A stretch of DNA of 20,000 bases from Asterionella formosa (taxonomy: Eukaryota). Positions 1-10,227 of the stretch are shown here, one piece after another. Position 1 is the stretch's first letter. Every line of letters begins with the position of its first letter. The position numbers and the translations under genes are program-made. The stretch is from positions 106,575 through 126,574 of the forward strand of contig NKIB01006075.1 in NCBI GenBank assembly GCA_002256025.1, read 5' to 3'. The notes beneath the pieces were generated by a model. It saw nothing but the letters and a program-made list of their open reading frames with translations, was not told the origin of the DNA and searched no databases.

Positions 1-1
1 G

Positions 2-145
2 ATGCCAGCACCCCGAGAAGAAGATGAAGACGAGACTAGCTCGGCTTCTCAACCCGCGCCACCGGTGGTTGTGAAAAAGAAGAGAAATAAGTCCTTCAGG
101 CGGAACTCCAGTGGACCAATGTCAACTCGTAGCTATACGCAGTAG
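2..145 (+). CDS. Probable 3' end of a protein-coding gene entering from the left edge; acidic/Pro-rich tail with a basic NLS-like patch
   Basis: Frame 2 is open from the window start to TAG at 143-145 (MPAPREEDEDETSSASQPAPPVVVKKKRNKSFRRNSSGPMSTRSYTQ*). Composition is GC/CpG-rich like the real genes, then drops to AT-rich UTR-like sequence, convergent with RPA12. Confidence 0.55.
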   Translation: MPAPREEDEDETSSASQPAPPVVVKKKRNKSFRRNSSGPMSTRSYTQ

Positions 146-468
146 CAAAGTTGGCGACTTGTACGATTTGGTTGTGTATGTAAAATGTTAGCTATTTGTG
201 GAAATATTCTAGACATTACAAATAATTTTTTCTGAATATGATGGTAGAACTCCACTCTGTTCTGGAAAGTTGCCTATTTTCTATGCACCTGTCAGCTCAG
301 TGACCCTAAATAATGGACAAGGGGAGCAAAACATCATCGTAGCAAGCCCATCAAAAATCGAGTTCAAGAATTAAAAATCTTCTTTTATAAGTCAATAAAA
401 ACGTCCACAAATTTACTGATACCGGTACTTTTAAGAGTTACTGACCGTTTTCCTTCCTCTGTTGAATA

Positions 469-828
469 TTAGTTGTTGATAGACCACGTATGTCTACATT
501 GAGGATTGAAGCATTCATAAAACACAGTCTGACCTTCATCGACACTTCTCATCTGAACTGTGTAAAACCCAACTTCGGGAGCGCTGCATTTGACACATGC
601 CTCTTCCACGGTAGCTCGCGAAGGTTCTCGGTTTTGTTTCAATGCTTGCTGTTCCTCGTCGGATTTGGCCCAAAGGGGAACGGGTCTATCAATCGAATAG
701 GTGGTGCTTGATGGGATTTCCTGCATGTTTTTCAAGTCTGATGAGTACGAGCAGACAACACAGTTGATTCCGCCGGTTGAATGGACATTTAGAGTTGCTT
801 TGCACGAAGGACAAAAGGGCCAAGGCAT
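469..828 (-). CDS. RPA12: DNA-directed RNA polymerase I subunit RPA12 (A12.2/ZNRD1), TFIIS-type double zinc ribbon
   Basis: 119 aa. N-terminal CxxC...CxxC (FCPSC...CVVC). C-terminal ribbon RATVEEACVKC...FYTVQMRSVDEGQTVFYEC...C with the QxRSxDEGQTVFY signature typical of RPA12 (RPC11/TFIIS have DEP instead). Confidence 0.93.
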   Translation of the reverse strand: MPWPFCPSCKATLNVHSTGGINCVVCSYSSDLKNMQEIPSSTTYSIDRPVPLWAKSDEEQQALKQNREPSRATVEEACVKCSAPEVGFYTVQMRSVDEGQTVFYECFNPQCRHTWSINN

Positions 829-1719
829 GATGCTGGGTCGAAATGCGTTTTTTCAATTGGCAAGAGTACCAGTATTACATTCTTGACATGAATGATTGCA
901 GGAATATTCTTTGCATGTTTCTTTATTCTCTTATACCGGGGTATGTCAGCCGGACTGACGGAAAGTAGAAATTCAATTTACCGGTATGTGCACATAATGG
1001 TCTGTTCGGCTACCGGTATACTCCCTTTGGTGTTCATTGCTAGTTGCAACCAAGAAACTTTAGGTCACTGCCTTTCATAAAGCGCAAGCTCCGGTAATTA
1101 TCCACCTACTAACAGCCATTCCTATTAAAAATGATTCAAAATGAATTGGTGTTTAATAGATATGTTCAATCTCTTCTTCCCTTTAATCGAAAATGATGGA
1201 CACACCACAGGAAAGAAAAATGACTTGTACTGTTATCCAAGACAAGGTAAAAAATTGGCTAGCTTTGTCATAAGGGTTGCGAATTCGTGCTCTTGTCAAT
1301 CCTGCTCTATCTTTTTCAATAGAAGGCAATTTTTAAAATGACCCTCCAATACAAGGTAATGTGGATAGTTTTCCCGAACTAGGGTTTAATCCAATGCCTG
1401 CAAATAGAAAGTGTCATAACGATGAGATCCCATGTACCGTACAGTAACTGGCACAGAATTTTCCGCCACATTATAGTTATCCCGTTGTAAGTATGATAAA
1501 TACATACTATAAGTATAAGATCAGTTCAAGCATGCTTATAATACACAGCACACCATTTAATTATCAAATCATTATCCTCTGATCTACATTCTTTCATCAT
1601 ATATCTATCTTAACATGAAAGTAAGCAATTCTAATTGAAATCACTGTTGAAAATAGGCTGAAATGGATTGTAATTATTATGCTATAACTAGAAATGATTT
1701 TATTTTTCTATATTCTGTG

Positions 1720-2800
1720 CGGTTATGCAATGTTACCCTTTTCTATTGTCTCAATGCTCTTGATGCATGATGCCTCCCACCTCCCATCAAAGCTCTTGAT
1801 GCAGGTTTTCACTCTAATCCTGAAACTCACCCATCTGACTGCCTTCTGCAAATTCCCTTTCATTTTGATCTGATTCTGAATGTGCATATGATATTCCGTT
1901 GTATATCCATTTTGTTTTCCTAATCATACGAACAATGAGAAGGAATTGCGTTAGTGAGCCATGTTTTGAGTAAAAATCAACGTGGCAGTTCCGTTTTATC
2001 ATGCTTCACTTACCAGAAATTGATATATTCTTCTGTTAAAATAATGTGTCAGACAAATATCACATAATTACACATCAATAAATCGTTCCACTAATGTCAT
2101 TTATAACTTGCAACAAATACTGTGTGCTTAATTAAAATTATCCTGAAAGATAAACATGAATAAGTCAGATATGTTCTAAAAGTTGTGCATTGATCTAAAG
2201 AGAGCACTTGCTTACCTTTCTTGTTTTGTCTACAATGGTGGTTTCCCACCAAATGCAAAATGAGCTTTTGAATCATGTGAAAGGAAGCAATCATGATTTA
2301 GCCTTTGTGAGCCCAACAATCGATCATCCTGGCATGTGCCCTTGACATAGCTACCATAGCTAGATTCCATTCACTTTCCCATTTTCAATCATTCTAACCA
2401 ACCAGGTGTATCATAATTGTTTTGTCGCGTCACTTCAGTTTTCCTCGTCATGTGGCTGATGTGATCTTTCATTTCAGGATTTGTACCAGTATGCATGAAA
2501 AGAAACCTTTTAACATGATTTCAAATGTATTAGCTATATGCATTTATTTATAAAAATTTGTAAATGTAGAAATATATGGACAGGAGTGGAACATTTGCAT
2601 TGTTCAAAGACACTCATTGTTTATATCGCATATCATGTGTATAGTACTATCATCAGTTTAACTTAGACATAATTCAAATATACACAATGCATGAGAATAT
2701 CATTGTTTTCTACAACCGGATGAAGTACTGTTTTTGAATTTTCTCCACATCAATTTTTGTATCTACAAGTCAGTGATTTAATTAATCAATTCATTTAACG
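1720..2800 (-). pseudogene. Decayed intron-containing gene of unknown family (copy A), left arm of a diverged inverted repeat
   Basis: Manual minus-strand translation gives ENNDILMHCVYLNYV, AHFAFGGKPPL*, a GTAAG...TTTCAG intron (2143-2215), then IILIK/QYLLQVINDISGTIY*...NGISYAHSESDQNER, with multiple stops and frameshifts. It aligns to 3960-5000 on the opposite strand. Boundaries are approximate. Confidence 0.6.
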
Positions 2801-2880
2801 GGATTCATACAGCATTTTTCATATGGTGCAAATCATATTATAATTTGATCATTAGCTAATTCTCTCATATCAACGACACC

Positions 2881-3210
2881 ATTTATGATATGATCACTAT
2901 GCTTTGATCGAATGTATAGGATATGCAAATCTAACTGTATCGATTACAGATCATACTTTCTGGTTAGAAATGATAGCTAGTAAAATTGAATAATGGATAA
3001 CGATATTTAGTTCCTTTGATCTTACTTTTAACATCCATATATCCTATTACTTAATATTAATTTTAATCAATCATTCTTTTATGTTAATGTCATGATTTAT
3101 CATATGATCAATATGCTTTTATGGAATGTATAGGATACTATAAGAGTCAAGCTTTACAGATCATGCTTTGTTCTGGTCCTCAGAAATGATGATTGCCAGT
3201 GGAATTAGAT
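2881..3210. repeat. Diverged direct duplication, ~110 bp homologous blocks, period 214 bp
   Basis: ATTTATGATATGATCACTATGCTTTGATCGAATGTATAGGATA...TTACAGATCATACTTT...AGAAATGAT at 2881 versus ATTTATCATATGATCAATATGCTTTTATGGAATGTATAGGATA...TTACAGATCATGCTTT...AGAAATGAT at 3095. Confidence 0.8.
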
Positions 3211-3381
3211 AACCACCATAAGTATACATCCCTTAGGATTTTTTGATACTAGCATGAGTAAGCACATGAAAGGGAGGAGTCATGCATGCACCACCTGTAT
3301 ATAGAATACAGAAATGATCACTGGGCTACCAAAACAAATTATCCACGAGGTACTCGCCTCCATTCCCTATAGAACCTAAGC

Positions 3382-3518
3382 AATGCTAGGTTGTTTCTAC
3401 GAAACGCTGTTATTCATTACCCTCCATCTGTTTTACACAAATGCTAGGTTGTTTCTACTTGATACCAATATTGCCTATCCTCCATCTGTTATAGATACTA
3501 ATGCTAGGTTGTTTCTAC
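3382..3518. repeat. Minisatellite, 58-60 bp unit, about 2.3 copies
   Basis: An identical 19-mer AATGCTAGGTTGTTTCTAC occurs at 3382, 3440 and 3500. Both intervening segments also share CCTCCATCTGTT. Confidence 0.9.
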
Positions 3519-3959
3519 ATCACCACGGTGTTAGCTATTGGTGTTCCAGCGATAGTTTTTTCTATTTCAAAGTTATTGTCACCCACATCATCTCTGTTTC
3601 TTCCGATTCTCATTTGTGTTGATTTCATGAATCCTTCTGAGAACAAGATTTTTGAACATCAAATCAAAGTGGAAAAGAAGAAGGGAACGCAAAGAGGTCA
3701 ATGTGCGGGGCCCGCACAACCTCTCCTTCATTGCTGAGACTGGGTACTCCCTTACTCCTGTATTTCCAAAGAACAGTAATGTCTCCTATTTCCTGGCCAA
3801 CACTGACACAAAGAAATTTTTAGGGGGTGCAAGTAGGAGGCACCAGGGAAAAGGAGCAGGAAAATATGTGCATGATGAATAAAGTGACACAACAGATCGA
3901 TTCGATTTGTTCAGGAGGAAAAGGATGATACAAGTTTGACATGACAGCTGTGTCTAAAA

Positions 3960-5000
3960 TATTCAATAAGATTGATGAAATACTTGTAGTGCATACCACG
4001 CTATTATGGGTAACTGTCAGGGGTGAACTTGCTATTTAAATGGAAAAACAATGCTTCAGGATTCTACAAAATATTACGCAGAAGAAAATGATGTAGTAGT
4101 ACATTGCGTTTATTTGAATCATGTTAAATTAAAATGATGACATTACACACAAGATTGGCTATACAACTATAATGAATTTACAAATTTTCAACTGCATATA
4201 TTTATATTTTACAAATTTTATTTCTAAATTCATGATGGTTACTATATTTTAAATATCGTCGTTTGCATGCTTACCTCGTACAATCATGGAACCAAAAACA
4301 TAACAAGGGAAAGTGCAGTGACGAACCAACATAAGAAGGAAGCACCTTGTGGATTCTTACTAGGTTTGAATGGCTGTGGGAATTTGAAAGGAATCTATGG
4401 CATGTGAAGGACTTACGCCGGGGGGGGGGGTGATCAATTGATGCTTTAACAGCCCGAAAATGATAGATTTAATAGTAGCTCAATTTGCATTTGGTGGGAA
4501 ACTTCCGATGTGGGCAAATGACATAGTATTAGGTACTAGGTTCTTTAGGTTGGAGAACAGAAAATAGAATACTTATACTGACACATGCACATTGCCTCTT
4601 TCTGGATAATGGTAATCAAACAGTATTTGTTAGTGATACATGACAAAGTTGGAACAATTTATTCATGTGGTGTCTACTTATTGCAATACTAGACTGACAC
4701 ATTATTTTACAGAAATATTCAAAAACACAGTTTTGTGGTAAGTGAAGATGAAATGAAAATGCATGTTGTGGTGTAAACAAAACATTACTAACAATTAGTT
4801 GCTTATTATTATTGGGATGAATAGGGCAAAAAATGGATTTGCAAATGGAAAAGTGTATGTGCACTCAGAATCAGAGTAAATGGAAAGGGGGGAAGAAAGC
4901 AAGCTGTGAGACAAGATTCAGAATTGGGATAGAATGAAAGTGTGCAGGACAGCAGGCCCAAGCAGTGATATAAGAGAGAACGGTAACATTGTGTAGCCAA
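3960..5000 (+). pseudogene. Decayed paralog (copy B) of the 1720-2800 pseudogene, right arm of the inverted repeat
   Basis: EENDVVVHCVYLNHV, AQFAFGGKLPMW, IMVIKQYLLVIHDKVGTIY and NGKVYVHSESE*MER match copy A in the same order. 4477-4502 matches the reverse complement of 2241-2266 at 25/26, and 4694-4708 equals the reverse complement of 2038-2052. Confidence 0.6.
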
Positions 5001-5665
5001 TCAATGTTTTTTGTTTCAACATCCTGGGGCTTGCAACAACGCACTGCACATTCTGGAATTACTCCTCCACACTGGAGCTATAGCTACCAGGTGGTACCCT
5101 ACTGGTATATGTATCCATGACATATCGCTCGCTTTGTCATCAACAAAAAGCACTCACTGGGGGGCTCAAGGGAGTGCAAGACTCAGAAAAATGCAAATGT
5201 CACCCAAGACCAAAGTCTGAAGTTGCAATGACGTACTCCATCCTGTTACCGGTATTCGTTAACTCATCTCAGAGCAAGGATGACAACACTATTTCCCGTA
5301 TGTAGCACCCTATGACCCACTCGGATGATTGCTCATGCTGCATCCAGGTCTGAAACAAACAACCTACCGGTACTGGGAAAACTTTTGTAATTAGTATTCC
5401 CGATTGCAACAGGTAGTCTAGCTACGACAAGGCACGTTTCATCAGATTATTGCTTCATAGTGGTAAAATCCTGGTGATGTATTCCATAGGGAACACCAGC
5501 AATCTGTTCTGTGCCGTCTATACCTGCTTGTGACTCCATGACTGGTCATTTATTTCTTGATTTTGTAGTTGAAATTCATTGAGGGTGCGAATGTAAAATG
5601 CATGTACATACCACGAATGATTTCGTTTCGTGCGAATCGGTCTGCTGGTAGGTGGATATTTCAGA

Positions 5666-6045
5666 GGTCATTGTCATTTTCTTGAAAATATCTATTACGC
5701 ACATACCACACGATAATCAATATCTGTATACTCCCTGATGTTCTATCGTTTTCAGGTGGGATTCTGCCAACATGCAATATGTCATTCGGTCTATCTATAC
5801 ATGTATATATGAATGCAATTTTATGCAGGCATTCATGAAACATTTAAAACGTCAGATTGCATATAAACATAAGATTGGTGGTCATTGTCATTTTCTTGAA
5901 AATATTCATTGCACACATGAACATTAATACTTGGTATACCAGTTTTCTGGTTGGATTCTGCCAACGTACATTATGTATTTAGACCTATATATACATGAAT
6001 ATATTCATGTTATTTCAAGCAGGCATTTTAGTAACGACTAAAATG
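5666..6045. repeat. Diverged tandem duplication, period 214 bp
   Basis: GGTCATTGTCATTTTCTTGAAAATAT occurs at 5666 and 5880. GGATTCTGCCAAC, TATACATG and GCAGGCATT recur in the same order in both copies. Confidence 0.85.
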
Positions 6046-6210
6046 AAAATAAATTTCACAAAGACCCAATGGTCGCGAGGAACATGAAATATGAGTAATA
6101 TTAAAATGCCATTATCTGGCGTACACATCAAAGGACGAGCAACAAACTTATAACAATGCTCATCAGTGCTTATATTTCCATTTCATCGTCGCATTGATAA
6201 AATTTTTAGC

Positions 6211-6763
6211 ATGAGCCAGGGGAACGTCCATTTTCTTTCACCATCGTCTCGTCAGATTATGGAAGGCCAAGTCGCTAATGATGATTCATGTCGTACACCC
6301 ATGAAGGGTCAATCGTTGGATGAAACATTGAAATCACCTGTTTGGTATTACAAAAGGCAATTCAATCATCTCCGGAGGATCATGGATAAATCCGATCAGA
6401 ATAAGCAAATCGAAGAATATAATATTTCAAACCAAAGATCATGTCGCCGAGGTAGCCTATTCGTTGAGCTTCAAAACTTGGGCGTAGAGGAATCTACTTG
6501 TGACAGACGTCAAAGGATGTACTCCCTTCTGAAGGCATCTCTTGGTTACTGTGAGGATCTTTCTTAGAAAACAAACGGGAGGGAAACGTAAAATAGAACA
6601 TTATAATTCATATTCTTCGCTGTTTAAGTGGTCGGTTCTTCTTCTTCTTGGTAACCTTATTTGTGTCGGAATGTTCGACTTAAGCCTTCAAAAGAAGGAT
6701 GTCCATCGCTCCTCTTATTCACCGTGTCAACTTTCGTTTCCAACCTATGTTACTTTTAACTGA
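6211..6763 (+). CDS. Hypothetical protein, possibly spliced or frameshifted, with a C-terminal hydrophobic segment
   Basis: An ORF from ATG 6211 (MSQGNVHF...) to 6567 overlaps a second frame running to 6763 that contains a hydrophobic run (WSVLLLLGNLICVGMF). A 49-nt GT-AG intron at 6519-6567 would join them in frame. CpG is retained relative to the flanks. No recognisable domain. Confidence 0.3.
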
Positions 6764-7213
6764 AAATCCATAGGTCGAGCCCACTAGAAAAGCGCTGGAA
6801 TTTGTTTACAAAGGTGACTCATTTGTGTATCAGTTTATTAACACAATTAATGGTAGAAAAATGAAGCTAAATTCTCCCTCAGATAACACACTGCACACTT
6901 CCTCAGTCTATCCTATCATTCAGGCAATTGATTTTGTTTTTAGTGGTTCGTCGGTTTACTAGTGAACCTCGACAGAGGGGCATTGATTCTAGAGCAAGGT
7001 TTGCTAATCATTTCAATTCATCAACTAAGTCAATTTCAAATGCGCAATGCAGATCTTGCCCTCCAGGCATTGAAGAAAAAAAGCTAGATTTTGGATGTAG
7101 ATAGGTTGGGTGAATACATACATAGGGCAACATCTATCCACAGGAATGCGTTGATTGCTATTAAGTCTTGAACCAACACTGCAGGGTCATAGCGTTAAAG
7201 CAATACAGCAAGT

Positions 7214-8810
7214 TCAAGTGATTTCAGGAGCATGGTCAGTCAGATCCTCGTCCTCGATATCAGAGCTACATGGTATTGGGTCACTGCTTGGACGCGGGGG
7301 TGCGACACAAAATAGGCCGAACAAGGAAATCATAGATAGGGCAGTTAAAATGAACCCAGGACTATTCACCCCAACTTTGTCAACTAAGGCAGTGGCAATT
7401 GCTGGTGTGAAACCACCTGCGAGTGCTTGGGACAAGTTGTAGCCCAATCCAACTGATGTCAGTCTCGCCTCTGGCGAGAAGGCTTCAACCAGCCATGCCG
7501 TCATAGGACCTCCCCAGAACGACAATGAAACCCCCATAATACATTGAGCCACGATTGCAACTCCTGGATTTCCTTTCCCGATCACAATAAACATCAAGGG
7601 CGACAGAATTGCCATACACACACCTCCAAGACCCATTATGGTCCGTCGGCCAAATCTGTCAGAAAGAATACCCGCAACTGGAAAAAACAAGCATACGCTT
7701 AATAGTAGTGACGTGGAGTTGACGGCAAAAGCATATGGCACCGGTGGCTCGATCAACTTATTCATATAAATTGCCATCCATACAAAGCTCAGATAAAATC
7801 CACCTGACCAGAGCATGGGAACCATTGAAGCTGCTAATAGGGAACTTCGATTGCCTTTGCTGAACGCCGTCATCAAAGGGTTTATTGGCGGCGCCTTTTC
7901 GTCTTCTAAATGATTTTCATCGTCAACGTAGTACTTGAGGTACAGACCTGAAAGCACAACAAAGATTCCTACCAGAAATGGTATTCTCCAACCCCACGTC
8001 ATCATTTGTTCGTCACTCAAAATGCACCTCATGAAAAAGCTAAACAAGCCTCCCAGCAGCGTTCCAAAATTGGCAGCCGCCATGACGAAACTCCCGTACA
8101 AACCCCACTTGGCCTTTGGTTTGCTTTCCAATGTAAAAACCAGGGATGACACGAGCTGTCCACCGACACTGAGACCCTGCAACAATCGTACAATGATTAA
8201 GAGAAAAGTTGAAAACCCACCCACCATGTCGTAGGTTGGCAAACATCCCATGGCGAACGTAGGACCTGCCATGAGAAAGATGGAAACTTCCAATGCTCGT
8301 TTTCGTCCGTACTTGTCCCCGATCCAACCCATCATGATTCCGCCAATCGGGCCTAAAGGAACAAACCAGGGATGAGTATCTCTGGAGCTGACTCCCGAAG
8401 CACATTATTCGTGATTTAATACAACTCACGCATGAAAAAGGCGCCACCAAAGACAAGGAAACTCTCGATGAGTGCTACATTTCCTTCTTGAGGGGGGAAA
8501 AATACTTTGGAAATGATATCTGAAAAGAAGCCAAACACCGCGAAATCATACCTAGAAAAAGGCAGATAGTTCCATCACAGGTGAGTTATTATCATACTGG
8601 ATTTACAGCAGTCGAACTGATATTGCTGGTTCGAACGAGATCAAGAACAAGAAACGATTCCGGTACTCACCATTCTAATACATTTCCGGCCATACCAGCA
8701 ACGGTCTTGAAAATCTCTTTTCTATTATGCTTCACCTCATCACACACATGTTCCACTTCGTTGTCACTATCATCCCCATCAAATGTCGGTGTGCCCTTAT
8801 AGGTATCCAT
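7214..8810 (-). CDS. MFS transporter, metabolite:H+ symporter (MHS) family, proline/glycine betaine transporter ProP-like; 3 exons (8671-8810, 8430-8551, 7214-8352), 466 aa
   Basis: Splicing GTGAGT...CTAG (8552-8670) and GTGAGT...TTAG (8353-8429) gives MDTYKG...AGMAGNVLEW|YDFAVFGFFSDIISKVFFP...FGGAFFMR|PIGGIMMGWIGDKYGRKRAL. MHS hallmarks present: GNxLEWYDF, RPxGG...GDxxGRK, RLLQGLSVGG, WGWRIPFL, SDRFGRR. Confidence 0.93.
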
Positions 8811-10227
8811 TATTCTCGATTGTGATAGCGGAACTCATGCAAAGTGTGCTGCAGTGGCAAACGGATGGAGTTCGTGCCCTGTGAGAGAGGCTCCTTAATA
8901 CGATCTGCTGTATGTGTCTTGTCTTCCCAGAAAGAAGAAAGAAGTAAGGGCGGTTGATGCTGTGTAAATATATGTAATACAGTGTATTCTTTAGTACATG
9001 TCGATACTTTTAGAAGATCATTGTCAGGAATCATTACGAAATGCATTTTTCTTGTCACCAAAAGTGATCACCGGCAGTCGGCCGTATGCATTGCGGAAGA
9101 ACTGTTCAAATGGTTTTTGAGTACCCTGGTACCACCAGGTACCAGGTACCAAGGTGGTTCCTGTAACCATGAGTACCGTCAGGTACAGGTAATACCGGTC
9201 GGAGCAGTCCTATAGTTCGCATACCCGCAAGTGATACTACAAGCAAGCTATCTGGTACCGGTGTACCTGGACCCAGTAAGTGCGGCACGCCAACGGAAGT
9301 GGTACAGACTCAACAGGTAGGAACACTTCCATATTGGCAGAATTGCGGTTATATGCCGTGTTTTGAGTTTATATGCACCACAATCTTCTTTTTCTGAAGA
9401 GTGGTTCAGACTGGTGTTGTTGATTGTTGATCCTTGTCCTGAGAAGTTGTTGGAAAGGCACTTGATAAGGCTTGTCCTTTTGGGAGCAGAGAATGCCTGC
9501 TAGCTAGAATTCCAGTATTTTCATTCTTGCATGATAACTTTTGCACACATTGTAAACATAATCTAGGCTACTGGTAGTCTACTCAAATATAAATGTATAA
9601 TATATTATTGCAAACCCCCAACTGGAGGTTCAATTCTATGTTTTAAGTGCCATGGTAAGTTTAATTTTTGCCTGTGAATTGGCAAGGACCATGTGTGCCC
9701 TGATGTCACTGCACTCTGTGAAGTAGCTCTGAGACATGTAGGAGATTCTCTCAACAGCAATGGCTTGTTTGTATTTACTGTTTCATTTGGAAATCAATAT
9801 AAATAAAAACAAATTATGGTGTTCAATTGTCAGTACATATACCATACATACATAAATAGTTTTGTGGATTGACCCCAGGACACATTTAAAATTGATTATT
9901 AGCTACTCCTCAATGCAAATAAACATTTTCGAGTTCCATAACAACATTTCATCAATATTTCATGATTGCCACTCCATAACATAAAACGGTTTGCAAAGGT
10001 AGGTAATACCCTGACTTTTGAGGAGCGGTAATGACACAAGGGCGTCAATGTGAGCTAGTGAGAACGATGAGGATTTATGAATCATCTGGACAGTCTCTTG
10101 ACATGTTTCATAAGCCAAATGGATTGAATACATGATTCAATCGAAACAACATATCATGGTGCAATGCAATCTTTCAGTGCAACTTTGCCGGCATCACACG
10201 TTCCTTGTATGCTTTGCATGTTCCGAC

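Noticed and set aside
1130..1447. Possible pseudogene fragment upstream of RPA12
   Set aside because: Several frames look equally plausible, each has stops, and no motif is recognisable.
3382..3518. CRISPR-like array (19-bp repeats with ~40-bp spacers)
   Set aside because: There are only three repeats, the spacers share CCTCCATCTGTT, the repeat is short and non-palindromic, there are no cas genes, and the context is eukaryotic. It is a minisatellite.
4420..4430. G11 homopolymer as a functional G-quadruplex or regulatory tract
   Set aside because: It is an isolated run inside a decayed pseudogene and absent from the paralogous arm, so most likely slippage.
7155..8456. ORFs 7155-7442 (+), 7935-8234 (+) and 8040-8456 (-)
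   Set aside because: These are antisense or alternate-frame shadows of the MFS transporter.
8810..9061. 83-aa minus-strand ORF as an N-terminal exon of the transporter
   Set aside because: It is in a different frame. The transporter frame has its own ATG at 8810 with an in-frame stop shortly upstream.
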